DNA from: Octopus sinensis
Taxonomy: Eukaryota
Direction of reading: 5' to 3'
NCBI RefSeq assembly: GCF_006345805.1
Contig: NC_043011.1
Span: 66,352,464-66,416,463 of the forward strand
DNA: 64,000 nt
A program made the position numbers and the translations under genes. Under the pieces are notes generated by a model. That model saw only the letters and a list, made by a program, of their open reading frames with translations. It ran no database searches and had not been told where the DNA came from. Shown one piece after another: positions 1-13,787 of this stretch. Each line of letters begins with the position of its first letter. Positions within the stretch are counted from its first letter, which is position 1.

Positions 1-740
1 ATTGTAGCAATCTTCATTGTTATTGCCAGTTCAAAAGACCACGGCCTCCCTCTTTTCTTGGCAGTTAGAGTCGTTCTGTATCTGCCTTAGGGTGGTGCAT
101 TCTATGCATTGTCAACAGTTTCCTTATTTTTCTGTCGAGCTGACATATTTCAGTAATTGACCAGTTAACAATATTGAAACTGTAAGTCACGACTGGTATG
201 GCTAATGCATTGATCGCTTCGATTCCGTTTCTTGCATTCAGCTCTGTCTTGAGTATTGCTCTCACTCTTCGATAGCATTCTCTTCTGATCCTTTCCTTCA
301 TCTCTGAATGCCTTATTCCGTTCCCTTCAATTACCCCTAGGTACTTGTAGCTCTCCGCTGGGTCTAGTTCTTTTATGACATTCTGCTGGTCAAGGTTAAC
401 CTTAGATGTTCCTGTCATTTTTCCTTTGATAAAGGTAGCTTGTGCACATTTATCGAGGCCGAATTGCATTCTGATGTCGTCACTGAATTGTTTGACTATC
501 GCTAGTAAGCCCTTGAGTTGTTGGTCATTTTTTGCAAAAAGCTTTAAATCATCCATGTAAATGAGATGATCTATATTTTTATCAAACATTTTATACCCGT
601 ACTGCGCGTCATTGAGCAGCTTTGAGAGAGGTATTAAGGATAAACAAAAGAGGCGTGGTGACAGTGAGTCACCCTGGAAAATGCCACACGAAATTTTTAC
701 ATCACCAGCATTTAGGGACTCATTGTCACTGTTCAGAAGT
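1..740 (-). mobile_element. Dong/R4-like (RLE-type) non-LTR retrotransposon, RT fragment, 5'-truncated at an (AAT)n tract
   Basis: The minus frame upstream of ORF 65..589 reads GDVKISCGIFQGDSLSPRLFCLSL, then DHLIYMDDLKLFAKN and YKYLG. These are RT motifs typical of R4/Dong elements. The fragment ends abruptly at the (ATT)n/(ACT)n tract. Confidence 0.85.
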
Positions 741-767
741 TATTATTATTAATATTTTTTTTATTAC

Positions 768-803
<36 letters not shown>

Positions 804-851
804 CATTATTATTATTATTATTATTATCATTATTATTATTATTATTATAAT

Positions 852-889
<38 letters not shown>

Positions 890-890
890 T
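741..890. repeat. Compound (ATT)n/(ACT)n microsatellite
   Basis: Seen directly in the sequence. Confidence 0.97.
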
Positions 891-1335
891 TGCATATCAC
901 ACGCTTTCCATGGATATTTAAATTATGATTACTACCAAAGTCGTTGCTAGCATTATAATTAATATTACTTATACTGTTGCGTTCGTTTTGGCTACAGCTG
1001 TCCGACCCAACGTGAAACGGTACTGTTTTGTCATCATCCCAGTCAAATGTTACATTGTCCAGGACATTTCGGTGACCGGAGTAACAGCAGAACTATTTAT
1101 CCGTTGCATAATCCTCATTTAATTTGACAATAGAATTCACGCTCATATTACTCCTGCCAAAATTATTAAGATGTTCCAACATCTCTCCCTCTCCATGCGG
1201 CAGTCACTAGTTGCCGGATGCAGCCGCATTTAGATGTAAGTAGAATTGGTGGAATTATCCAATTGATTCGTATTATATAACGTGGTTCAATATGAATGTC
1301 TGAGCATTTGTATACTACAAGTACTTTACTATTTT

Positions 1336-1373
<38 letters not shown>

Positions 1374-2035
1374 GGAGAGAGAGAGCGGGGGAGGAATTAC
1401 TCTCAAAACTTCAAAAAACATTTTGGCATCTAGAATTATTACATAAGGAAGATTGTACCACAAAATCCCCTTAAACATAATCGGGTATGCAGACAAAACC
1501 CAATGTATAGTTTAGGTATGATTATGATATACGGTTTCAGGATTATTCATTGTATATCACAGAGAAATTTTATTAGAAAAATGCTTCGTTTTGTAAAGTG
1601 TTCCTTATTGCATAAACCTTACAATTATTATGCTAGTTATGATGAGTGACATTTTTAGTTATAGGTATAGGGCACCTAGTACAAGGTGCTTAAAACGGAA
1701 TAGTTAGCCCACCGCATTTTTATAATTAGCAGCAGAATTGGATATAGAATATTCTTTATATCCGGCTATGCTTAGAGTTTCGTTATGGTAATGAGCGCGG
1801 TGTTTAAAAAATCATTTTCATTTTAAAGCTATTATTGTCAAAACTGACGTTATTAAGCGTTACTGAAATTTCAAATTGTAAGATAAAAATAATACGTCAT
1901 TTGTACGTGAAACAGGTAAGAATCACCTTTAATTTCTTTAATTGATCCTAGCATTAATTTCGGAGATACAAAAGTTATAATCTATAAAACTAAAGAATAA
2001 CACAAATTGAAAATTATATTACATTATTTATTTAT

Positions 2036-2098
2036 TTATTTGAAATGGCTTAAATTATATAAACACTCCTGGAATAGAGAAAAACGTGTAGAGCATCC
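2036..2098 (-). CDS. Terminal coding exon 5 of a small Cys-rich putative secreted protein (GCSTRFSLFQECLYNLSHFK*)
   Basis: Strong acceptor ttcttttattctatttgcag|gga in phase 0, matching exon 4. The TAA stop overlaps tandem AATAAA signals. Confidence 0.8.
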   Translation of the reverse strand, partial: GCSTRFSLFQECLYNLSHFK

Positions 2099-2598
2099 CT
2101 GCAAATAGAATAAAAGAATTATCTTTACATACATTTATACTGAGCATATATAGTGTTATTCTATGTTGATTATTGCTATTATATTGATATTTAGTTAAGT
2201 AATATTAATGTACATATATTACAGAAATTCTGATTTCCTAATTGAAGTTATATATTTCCTTTTGCAATAATACAATGTAATATAAGTGGTACCGAATAAA
2301 TATCTATTGCCGCACTGCTTTAGACAATTTCCGTTTCATTTTCTCCTACATTGTGGATTTTGCAACTATATGTTCCGAATCAATATCACAGAACTATATT
2401 TTTTTAACTTTTTTACTTTTACTACATTTCTAGAATTCTGATGCGTAAGAAATAACAGATGCTTTTTCCTTCCAGAATCAGTTTCTATGCAATGAAAATT
2501 GACAATAGTTAAACTAACTTTTATTAAGTAACTCTACTAATATTGAAAATTAACAGAATTTTTTCCTAAGAATCACAAGGTTACAGAAGGTATCTTAC

Positions 2599-2637
2599 CT
2601 GGCAATTATTCTCATCAGTGCGGTAGTTAAGTGTATC
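2599..2637 (-). CDS. Coding exon 4 (DTLNYRTDENNCQ)
   Basis: Acceptor ttttgtgtag|gat and donor cag|gtaaga; 39 nt, phase 0 to 0, open. Confidence 0.78.
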
Positions 2638-3607
2638 CTACACAAAATTTGAATAGCATTATCATGTACTGAGTATATATTGTGTTTCCTGCATAATCTG
2701 GATTTTATATTTCAGAAAAAATGAAAATACCAAACTTCTTCGATTATTAACAATTATACAGTGATACAATATGCGACGAATTACATTTTTGTGCTTTATG
2801 GATTAGTGTATGTAAGAGATATGACATAGTATTGACTAAACGCATAACTGAACAACAGATTTCAGGATGAGTAACACAGTGCAGCGTTTGCGCATGGGAC
2901 TTTTACAAAAATAGCGACTCGGATTAAAACTCTTGCTACTAATCTGAAAAAATGTATTATCACTTTTAATGTTGTGAATTATATGTGACTGGAAATTAAA
3001 TAAGGGTAAAATCTGGTCAAAATGTTCTCGTGTCCTTATGAAGTACGAGCCGTCAACCGGTTTCCGTGGCGTATAAGCGATCGATATGAAAACAATGACT
3101 CTGAACAGGCGGCCCTCCATATCAAGATGACTCATTTAAAAAGCGTGAACAGGATCTACATGAGACTCAAAACAACGTGAGTTCAAATCCCTAGTTACTC
3201 CACCAAACTTCGCCTGAAATGCGTGGGCCAATAACGAAATAAACCGATTCCTCAAAGGATTATAATAGAAGAAATAAATGCTTATAGTGCTGAAACGATA
3301 CGTTTTAGTGAAAATCAATTTCATTTTAGCCCAAACGACTGAGTGTGAAATATAGGTTATGATAATTTTTGTTAAGGGAGATGGAATCATTAGAACGTAA
3401 TGGAAATGCCTGTAGTATATTTTTCATCTCGCCGCTTTCTTAGTTTAAATTCTGTTGAAGGCCGTTTTCTTGATCTCCGTTCTTTCACTCAAAATCGAGA
3501 GAACTTATGCTTACATTGAAACAATGATGGATGATTTAGCAATGGTTTGTATTCTCTTCACATGCATGTCTTACTATAAAATTGTAATAATAAAAAAGAA
3601 AACTTAC

Positions 3608-3689
3608 CTTACACTCTCTATAGGACTTAAAAAAGCCATAACACCGGTATTGTTTCCCATTATTGCATTGTATAAACTTTCTGTAATCC
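3608..3689 (-). CDS. Coding exon 3 ((R)DYRKFIQCNNGKQYRCYGFFKSYRECK)
   Basis: Acceptor tttatactgcag|g and donor aag|gtaagt; 82 nt, phase 2 to 0, joining exon 2 (ends cg) to exon 4. Confidence 0.8.
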
Positions 3690-3829
3690 CTGCAGTATAA
3701 ACACTAATATCGAAATTGCATTTGTAAAATGAACATTCAATTTTCTTTTGTTATTACGTTTTAAATATTGAATCTAATAGCAGTGGGTAATGAAGTATAT
3801 TGCGTACAGAGCTACGAATTAGTTAAACG

Positions 3830-4330
3830 AGTCAGAGGAAAGAAGGTTTATGACGAACATCCACCTTGCAACCATTGCTATCGTGTTCAATCTTAGAAAA
3901 ATTGTATTGGCAAGTAATTCTATCATCACAAGTCTATGGATAATATCTTTAAATCGTTTGTTATTACTAATTATTTTGAAAAATTATTACGACAAGGCAA
4001 AGACAACCTTTCAGTAGAAATTAGGAATGTGATTGAAACATGTCCATCGACGTGACTAATCTACATTCGAATTTGAAAGAGGATTCAAACAGATATATTT
4101 GTTTAGTATGCTTACATGGAATGTTTAAGACATGAAAAATCAGCGCGTGATTTGCAGAGAAAATTTTAAAGACATTTCGATATCAGATTGGTTGGACGAA
4201 GAAATCCAGTTGAATAAGCTCCGCGGTCAGTAAATATCACACAGTTAGAACAGAATATTACGGAGAATCTTAAAAGTTAAATTTACAGTACAAAACTGGC
4301 ATTAGATTTCTACCGCAGAAAAATGAGTGA
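3830..4330 (+). mobile_element. Highly decayed Penelope-like RT relic
   Basis: atgtccatcgacgtgactaatctacattcgaat at about 4050-4082 reads MSIDVTNLHSN, resembling the PLE RT motif SFDVxSLYTN. Flanking frames are broken. Confidence 0.3.
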
Positions 4331-4534
4331 AAAAAAAGATATATTAGTATTCGGAAAAAAAGAAATTAGACGATACGAATGTCTAAGAGAGAAAATATGA
4401 GAAACAACGGGATTATGGTGAAAGGAAACGGTGCAGTTCTGTATTTAAGAGGTGAGGAATTATGTACATTATTTACATTATTTACATTCATTTATATTTA
4501 TATTATAATATATATATATATTTTATTTATATTT

Positions 4535-4625
4535 GTCCTCAACTTGTTTGCTGTTAGCACAAGATTTCGGCTGATATACCCTCCAGTCTTCATCAGGTGA
4601 CTTTAGGAAATTTCGAATATGGTCT
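4535..4625 (-). mobile_element. PLE terminal-repeat fragment with a hammerhead-like core
   Basis: The minus strand reads cacCTGATGAagactggagggtatatcagccGAAAtcttgtg. It is homologous to copies at 12740-12880 and 38945-39085. Confidence 0.6.
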
Positions 4626-4680
4626 CTCAATCAAAAATATTTTTCGATGTTATTATTATTATTATCATTATTATTATTAT

Positions 4681-5098
4681 GCGACCATGCGATAGAGATT
4701 AGGAAGGCGGACATAGTCTTAATTGAGGAAGGAAACAAACTATGCTGGATCATAGAGATAGCATGCCCAACTGACAACAAGGTATGCGATAAGGAAGAAA
4801 GAAAAGTCGAGAGGTATGACAGGTGATGTTGGGAGGATAAGCGGTTGTGGTCGTTGAAAAAGGTAGCAGTAGCATCAATAATTGTCGGAGCCCTTGGAAC
4901 AGTAAGTAAAAATCTCGAGAAGTACGTGGAGCAAATAGGGGCTGCAATAAGGATAGAGCAGTTGCAGAAAACAGCACTACTTGGAAACGCTCGAATACTC
5001 CGGAAGGTGCTCGAGAAATAAGATGTGTTACCTTAGTTCACTGGTAGTGAACAGCTGACGCTGTAGTACATCTCCAGCGTTAGGAACTGTACAAAGGC
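4681..5098 (+). mobile_element. Dong/R4-like 3' fragment (restriction-like endonuclease and 3' UTR) between (ATT)n and (AAT)n
   Basis: Reads DHAIEIRKADIVLIEEGNKLCWIIEIACP...IIVGALGTV...QKTALLGNARILRKVLEK*, a PD-(D/E)xK RLE C-terminus. One internal stop. Confidence 0.85.
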
Positions 5099-5158
<60 letters not shown>

Positions 5159-5159
5159 T

Positions 5160-8100
5160 TTGTTTTATTTTATTTTTATTTTATCTAGTTTCAGCTCATA
5201 AAATGTGTCTATGCTGGGGCACCGCCATTTGGTGTTGCTACATGATTTTACTTCACGAATGCTTTTTAGCAATTGCCATTTGGTGCATGAGAGAGTTCGA
5301 GGCAGCTGCCCTCATCTGCACCTCCTGCCGTGAAGTTGGTTCATCTAGTACACACGACAGGAAGAGATCCAGTTTTATTTTAAAGTCTTCTGCATCCACC
5401 CCATGCAGGTCTCTCAGGTTCTTCGGGAGGATATTGAAGAGCTGTGGGCCTCTGAAACCCACACTATCACAGTATCTTGTCCTACATCTTGATGGCAAAT
5501 TTGGAGTCCTTGGCAATATGCAGTGGCGCCCAGTTCTAGCATTTGTGTAACTCTCGATGCCAAAATTTGGGACAAGTCCTTCTAGGATCTTCCAGATGTG
5601 TATTATGGCATATCTTTCTCGCCTACGCTCTAAGAAATAGACTCTTAATATCTTGAGTCTTTCCCAGTAGCTTATATGCTGCACAGAAGCAATCTTCGTG
5701 TAACGTCGTTGGATCGCCTCACGTTCTGTGATTAACTTGACACTGGATGGTAACCATAGCTGGGAGCAAGAGACAAAGTGGCTTAGGACATATGTCCACC
5801 AAAGGACCATCATGGTTTCCTGGTCTCTTGTTCTAAAGGTTCTAAGAATCCATCCGGACAACCGCCTACATTTCATTGCCTATTTAGCAACATGCACATG
5901 ACAGGTTACATCATTACTCATGTAAATACCCAGGTCTCGCACTGATTGTGCCTCAGGGATCGCAATCCCTCCAGGTCCAGTGTGTTTATTGGGTATTGCA
6001 TTTAGTTTTGCATGCTGATAGTATAAAGCTTGAAACTTTTCAGCATTGAACTGCATGCTATACTTTTCAGCCCACTTGTATATTTTGTCCAGCTCACATT
6101 GCAGGTGCATAGTGTCTTCAGGGTTCTGTATTGCCTGTAAAACTTTTGTATCATCTGCATAACTTGTGATCGGGGCACTCTGCGTGGCTGCGGGCATGTC
6201 TGAGAGGGCCATTATGAAGAGTAGGGGTCCCAAAACAATGCCTTGCGGAACACCGCTCAAACTTTGCGTGTTAATGGATGTGGCCCCATTGGCTACTACC
6301 AACTGACTTCTATCCTTCAGAAAGTTATGAAGCCATTCTCCCAATTTTCCAACTATTCCAAGATCACGCAGTTTGAGACATATCATTCCATGATCGACTT
6401 TATCAAAGGCCTTTGCAAAGTCGAGATATATGACTTCCACATTTGAGTGGTTGAGCAGTCGTTTCAGTACCCAGTCATAGTGTTGTAGGAGCTGAGTTAA
6501 GCAGCTTCTTCCTTGCCGGAAACAATGTTGGGTGTCAGGCAGCAAGTCATTTTCTTCGAGGAAGGTGATTAGTTTCCTTCTGACTATTCGTTCCATGACC
6601 TTGCTGATGTGTGAGGTCAGATAGATAGGTCTGTAGTTCTTGGCCTCCGCTCTGCTACTTCCTTTATGAATAGGGCATATTTTACCTTCCTTCAGTTTTC
6701 TTGGAAGTTTGCCAGCTGCAAGGAAGCTCTGAAAGAGGAACTGCAGTGGTCTTCCAAGGACTCTCTTACATAATTTTAGAAGGTTTGCTGGGAATCCATC
6801 GGTTCCAGTAGCTGAGTTTGTTTTCATTTCATCTATAGCCTTCACTACATCGTCTTCCTTTATATTGATGTAATCAGTCATCGCTGCCTCTGATTTTATA
6901 ACTGCAGTAGTAAAGAAGTCAGTTGGATTGCTGACTTGAAAATGCCCTAGTGGTGGAGTAAAAATACTCTTGAATTGCTCATTTAATATTTCACTTATCC
7001 TCATTGGATTTCCTGCGAGTGTGCCATCCTTTTCAAGGAGTGGCCCTATCCTACAGTGCATCGTAGCTGTTTCTTTGGTATACCTGTAGAAAGCTCTGGG
7101 GTTAGATTTTATGTTGTCTATAGCCCAGGTTTCTTTGTCTGCTTTTTCTTTTTCATGGGAGAGTTGCAGACATTTTTCAATTTCCAGCAGTTTTATTTTC
7201 AGGCGGGACTTTTCACTGCTTTCAATGTGTTTGTTTAGGCGATTTGAACCACTTCTACGTCGTCTCATAAGAATTTTCCTCTCTCTGGGGATTTGTTTCT
7301 TGTGTACAGTGGCCTTTCTCTCTCGGACACATTTGTAGCATATGGCTTGCATTACATACATGAATTTTTGAAGTTTCACGTCGATGTCTGGCGAGGATAG
7401 ACATTCAGGCCAGTTTTGTTTGAGGATCTCTTTCTAAATTTGTTTCCAGTTTGCCTGAAGGAAGTTAAAGCTGGAATGATTCAGAGAGTTTCTTGTAGAC
7501 TGCATGTCCATGCTTTCCTTTGGCCCGTACATGGTCAGATCTACCATGTTGTGATCCGAGAGTAGTGTCGGTGTCACTTTCACATTATGGATGAGATCTA
7601 TATTATTTGTGAAGCAGAGATCCAGTATGTAACCTGCCCTGGTTGGTTGGAGTATTACTTGCTCCATGTACAGAGTGTTGATGAGGTTCATGAGCGACCT
7701 CGCCTGTCCTCGTTCGCATCGTGTCATTCCTGGGAGAGCAAGGCCATCGGGCCATCTGACATTGGGTAGATTGAAGTCTCGCATAAGAAGTACACTTATG
7801 TGTTGTTCTAACGTGACTAGAAGTTCTATTTTTATAAGGCAGTCTTCAAACTTGCATACTTGGCTTGGTGCATCTGGAGGGCGATATGTGGCACATATAA
7901 CTAGACCAATTTGCCTTATATGTACACTTAGTTTGTCACACACCGAATTTGAGTACGACAAAAGAACCTGGTGTGTGAGGTCCTCGCGGATGTACATAGC
8001 AACTCCTCCATGACTCCTTTCTTTTCTATCGGTCCGTAGTACAACATACTGTGGTATGTGTATTTCCGCATTTGCTATGTCCGGTTTCAGGTGTGTTTCC

Positions 8101-9500
8101 GTAAGTGCTATGCATAAGGCTTGATTGCATGCAAAAAAGTCTCTCAACAACGGGATTTTTGTCCTGTTACTGAGTGTTAGCAGTCCTCTGATGTTAAGTA
8201 GGAGCATCGAGGTGATGTGTATGCTGTTGCCGGTGGTGTCCACCTTGGGTCTACTTGCGGTCTTGTGTATTGTGGATAGTCCAATCTGCAAGTTTGAGTT
8301 TGATGGAGCCAGGTTAGCTGCTGTACAATCTTTTGTGCCATGCACAAAAAAGTTTCTTGTTCAGCAGCTGCCCTTTCAATAACATGTTGGCGGTTTGTAG
8401 CACGCACCACATCTGCGTACCTCCGTTTTGGGGCAGGTGGTGCGTGGTCCATTCCTTTTCATTTTGGTAGTTGGTTTCTGCCCTGTTTCGTGTTTATGTG
8501 GCAGGGTCTTTGGTGTGCGAAACGGCAGCCTGCACCTTCCTCTCCATGCCAGCAGACTCCTTTCAGGTAGAATTTACACATCCGTGTGCGCTGTCTCTTT
8601 CTATCCTTTTTTGGTATATGGATAGTCAAGTTTGCTTCTATCCTTGGCTGTTTCATCTTTTGGTTTTGTTTGAGTTTTAGTCTTTCCTTCTTTGGCTGTT
8701 TCATCTTTTGTTTTTCTTTTAGCTTTTCCTTTTTTGGCTCCTCATCTCCATGGTTTTGACTTTGGCTTTTGGTGCTGGTAGCGGCACTTGCACTTGTGTT
8801 TACTTCCCGGGCAGGTTTATCACTTGAATCTTTCTCGTTGTCCTGGGTGTCTACCAAGTGGGGGTGACATCTTTCATCAGCACCCGTGCCTCCATCCTTG
8901 CCATCTTTACTTTGTTCGTTGTCAAAGATGGCATCAAGCATGCCGATGTGGGATCTTATGAGTGCATAGGAGCGTATAAACTCCTGCTTCTTTCGCTCTA
9001 TCTGTGCTATCGTCCTTGTATATCCACTGCTCTTCAGCGCAGCTGTAATTATTTTGTTCTGATTATCTCCGTCTACGCATCACCAGGCTCTCAGGAACAA
9101 AGCCAATTCGTTACTCCTGGACATTTTTGGATATTTTATTTAGTTATCTATCTAATTATATTTAAAGTTTAATAGTGCGATAGAGGGTAGAGAAGAAATA
9201 GAGAACGAAAATGTATGTGTATTTAGAGAGATTAAGAGCTGAGAGAAGATCAGAAGAGCGTAAGAGAGAGTGAGAGAAGAAAGTTCGCGTCTATATATTT
9301 AGGAAGATTGAGAGGCTGAGAGAAGAAAGATGGTGAGATAGAGAGAAGTGAAGAGACAGAGAGAGAAAGAAAAGAAAAGAAAGAGAGGAGGTTACGAAAC
9401 CGAAACAGAAATTGAAAGATTATTAACAGAATGTAAATTATAAATATATGCCTGTCCGTAACTACAAACGTTTTCTTCGAATTTAAAATAATTGCGACTA
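5160..9500 (-). mobile_element. Near full-length decayed CR1-group LINE: Myb/SANT-like, CCCH zinc finger, APE endonuclease, RT, 3' tail
   Basis: ORF 8459..8941 has CKFYLKGVCWHGEEGAGCRFAH. ORF 7434..8345 is APE (LTETHL, GGVAMY, DFNLP, LDLCFT, SDHN). ORF 5880..7379 is RT (YLDFAKAFDKV, GVPQGIVLGPLLF, YADDTK). ORF 5253..5876 is the C-terminus. Several stops and frameshifts. The 5' boundary is approximate. Confidence 0.9.
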
Positions 9501-9589
9501 TACTTCTAACGTTGGCGTCTATATATTTAGGGAGATTGAGGGGCTGAGTAAATATATATATATATATGATTTTTTTTTTTTGATTTTGA

Positions 9590-9636
9590 TTTTTCCAGTT
9601 TCAGCTAATGAGCTGTGGCCATGCTGGGGCATCGCC

Positions 9637-9645
<9 letters not shown>
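9590..9645 (-). mobile_element. Tail-only copy of the CR1/SINE 3' end
   Basis: The minus strand reads ggcgatgccccagcatggccacagctcattagctgaaactgg, matching the LINE tail at 5180-5230; flanked by (TA)n. Confidence 0.7.
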
Positions 9646-9716
<71 letters not shown>

Positions 9717-10151
9717 AAAGCAACAAATAAATATATGCCTATCTAAATTGAATAATTTTAAAGAGATGTATTGAGAAGATGAGAGAAACGGAGCTGAAAC
9801 AGAAATTGAACAGAGAATAGGTCCTTACATTGGATTACGGGAAATTAAACAAATGAAAAGGGGTACTTATCTTATAAGAGGTAGAAGTCTCAAAATGGTC
9901 TCCCTATACGAAGAGGTTTTCTTTCAAAAAAGAAAAGAAAAACGGTTCTTTTTGTTTGTTACAGTCGATTGGGAATGAAATTAAGAGATGTCACAACGTG
10001 CTTTTTTCGACGGGAATCTGGAATGCGTAATTAACTTTAGTGTATTATATTTGGCTTGAAGCGAAATATATTACGGTTTTTAAGTAATATATCCTAGTAG
10101 ATCGCTATGCGATAGCAAGTTCTACGTTTTTTATCAGTTTCCTCCGATTAT

Positions 10152-10215
<64 letters not shown>

Positions 10216-10217
<2 letters not shown>

Positions 10218-11930
10218 GACAAAAAACTATTAAAGACAGTTCATGGAATCACCAAAGAAATAGATATGAAATTTGGATTAGAAAAATGCGCCAAAGTAAC
10301 CATGAAATGAGGAAAACTAGTTAAGAGTAGCAACATCCACAGTAGATAAAGCCAATGAAATAAGAGAATTAGACTAAAGCCAAACGTATAAATATTTAGG
10401 AATCCATGAACTACATACGACACAATACAGACAAATGAAAGAGAAAATAAAAAAAGAATATTATAGACGAGTTAGATCAATACTAAAAACAGAACTGAAT
10501 GCTAAAAACAAGATAATAGGCATTAAGACATTAGCCATCGCAGTTATAAGTTACAACTACAATATCCTTAAATGGACGCTAAATGAACTAACCAAAATAG
10601 ATACGAAAACAGGAAAAGTAATATCAGGATCTAGGATGCATCACCCAAAATCTGACTTAGAAAGGCTATATATACAACGTATATAAGGTAGTAGAGACCT
10701 TACAAAGCTGGAAAACTACTATAAAATAACCACCATAGGACTGCAAAAATATCTACTTCAGAAGGAAGGAAACCTGATACAAATAGTGGCAAAACACGAG
10801 CAAAACAAAAAAATTGTTCTCAGTATTTAAGGAAACTGACAAATACAAACAAGAAATCATACCACCCAACAAATATGAAGAAGAAGAAGAAGAAGAAGAA
10901 GAAGAAGAAGAAGAAGAAGAAGAAGAAGAAGAAGAAGAAGAAGAAGAAGAAGAAGAAGAAGAAGAAGAAGAAGAAGAAGAAGAAGAAGAAGATGATGATG
11001 ATGAAGAAACAACAAAAGCTATAAAGCAAATGAAATCAATCATAACTAAAACTAGAACAGCAAAGACCCATGATAAAATGATGGTTAGAAAAACCCCTTC
11101 ATGGTAAGTACTGGACTAAATTAAATGCAAAAGAAATCGACATAGAGAAATCGCAGCAGTGGCTGAGAAGCTCAGGACTCAAAGCAGAGACAGAGGGATT
11201 TTTAATTGCAGCACATTTCCAAAGCCTCCCCACCAGAAATTAACAAAAACATATAATGAAAAGAAATATAACAAGTAACTGCAGAATATGTGGAGATGGA
11301 CAAGAAACAATAAATCATATTGTCTCTGGCTGCCAAGTCCTGGCTGAGAAGGAATATATTCACAGACACGACAGATTTGGGACCTACATACAGGGGAAGC
11401 TATGCCAACATTATGGAATAACAACAGAAAAAAGATAGTATAGGCACACGCTAGAAAAGGTCACAGAAAACGAGAAAGCAACCATGCTATGGGATATGCC
11501 AATGCACACAGATAGAGAAATTATGGCCAACAGACCAGATATAGTTGTCAGAGATCATGAAGAAAAAAATACTTTCTAATTGATGTATCAATACCGGCAG
11601 ATGACAACATGTCTCTAAAAGAAATGGAGAAAATTTCAAAATACAATGACCTGGAAATAGAGGTAACCAGAATGTGGAATCTAAAAACAGAAACAATTCC
11701 TATCATAGTAGGTGTATTAGGCATGATAAAAATGTATTCAGACAAATACATAACAAAAACACCAGGACTTACAAACTAACATAAAGAAAATTGCACTACT
11801 AGGCACTGCACACATCCTATGCAGAACACTTTCCATACAATAACCATCAGAACATCACAACAAATCACAGCACATACCCAAGGCACACAGAGCTGCGCTC
11901 GGTAGTGAAGTGAAAGCACGCTATAAAAAT
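10216..11930 (+). mobile_element. Dong/R4-like LINE 3' portion (RT end, CCHC knuckle, RLE, 3' UTR) between (AAT)n tracts, with an internal (GAA)n expansion
   Basis: KEKIKKEYYRRVRSILKTELNAKNK, CRICGDGQETINHIVSGC, and RPDIVV...LIDVSIP-type RLE motifs. (AAT)n at 10150-10215 and 11940-12135. Confidence 0.88.
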
Positions 11931-11974
11931 AATACTACTGGATAATAATAATAATGATAATAATAATAATAATA

Positions 11975-12009
<35 letters not shown>

Positions 12010-12034
12010 CCTAATAATAATAATAATAATAATA

Positions 12035-12700
<666 letters not shown>

Positions 12701-12702
12701 AT

Positions 12703-12739
<37 letters not shown>

Positions 12740-12880
12740 GTATCGGAGAATACCTTAGGAATGAGAACTCATGTTCGAAATTTCCTCAAGTCACGTGATG
12801 AATGCTGGAGGGAATGTATGCCGAAACCTTGTGTTAACAACAAACAAGATGACGACAAATGACCGTCAAATATAAATAAC
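12740..12880 (+). mobile_element. PLE terminal-repeat fragment with a decayed hammerhead core
   Basis: cacGTGATGAatgctggagggaatgtatgccGAAACcttgtgttaacaacaaacaagatga; same family as 4535 and 38945. Confidence 0.55.
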
Positions 12881-13059
12881 GTAATGGAAAAAGTGGTGTG
12901 AGAAAAAGAAAAGAATAATATAGTTTTTACCACTCAAACACTTCAAATAAAGAACATGTGTATGCGTGTTCGTATGAGTATTGCTTATTAATTGTTGTGT
13001 GTTTCTGTGAAAGAGCTTTAGTGTTGTAATGCGGTAAGTCTGAAGAAGACAACACATAC

Positions 13060-13150
13060 CGGCAGCTCGGGTCAATCATATAATATGCCTTAAACAAACC
13101 ACCGCAATGAAACAATCCGTATTCATCACATTTATCCATTACTGCTACAC
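13060..13150 (-). CDS. Coding exon 2 ((C)VAVMDKCDEYGLFHCGGLFKAYYMIDPSC(R))
   Basis: Acceptor cttcctatttctag|gt and donor ccg|gtatgt; 91 nt, phase 1 to 2. Confidence 0.8.
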
Positions 13151-13589
13151 CTAGAAATAGGAAGTCCCGTTTTGAGTTTAACATACATTCCGATATTAAG
13201 TTTAGTATGAAAAAAATATGTTACACACAATTTATCGAAAAATAGTTAACAAAAATTTGTATTCTTTCCACTGGGTGTTTCATGGAGTGACGAATATATA
13301 GGATTATATTGTGTAAACTAAGACAGATTTATAAAAGTTGAGTTTAAAAGAAACCATTGAGAAACTAGTGTATAACTGAATTCCTTCAGCTTGATAATGT
13401 CGATTGATAATGGCGACGTAGAATCTCTGATACACAAACTCTAAAGGAACCAACATTTTTAGATCAAAGAATACTTATCAGTATCACATTTACCACCAAA
13501 CTTCACAGGCATTCCAAATAAATCAGGCATAGTTTCTAATAATTCATTCTCCACATGTTTGAGTATATAAATATATATATTTATATATA

Positions 13590-13699
<110 letters not shown>

Positions 13700-13746
13700 T
13701 ACATATATATATTTATATATATATATATATATATATATAGATATAT

Positions 13747-13787
<41 letters not shown>

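Noticed and set aside
2716-3560. GC-richer coding-like stretch inside intron 3
   Set aside because: All frames are interrupted and only faint PLE RT-like words (RFLDL) appear, so no call is supportable.
3608-3689. Alternative reading of exon 3 as GITESLYNAIMGNNTGVMAFLSPIESVR, then IHLTTALMRIIAR
   Set aside because: Its phase does not match the upstream exon. The Cys-rich frame joins all five exons and ends at a stop with a poly(A) signal.
6243-8680. Plus-strand ORFs overlapping the LINEs (also at 21490, 23212, 30005-30957, 35089, 61767)
   Set aside because: They are antisense or alternate-frame shadows of retroelement coding sequence.
13200-13560. Coding-looking minus-strand stretch [31 protein letters not shown] in intron 1
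   Set aside because: It has no consistent splice sites and stops quickly; probably a decayed transposon fragment.
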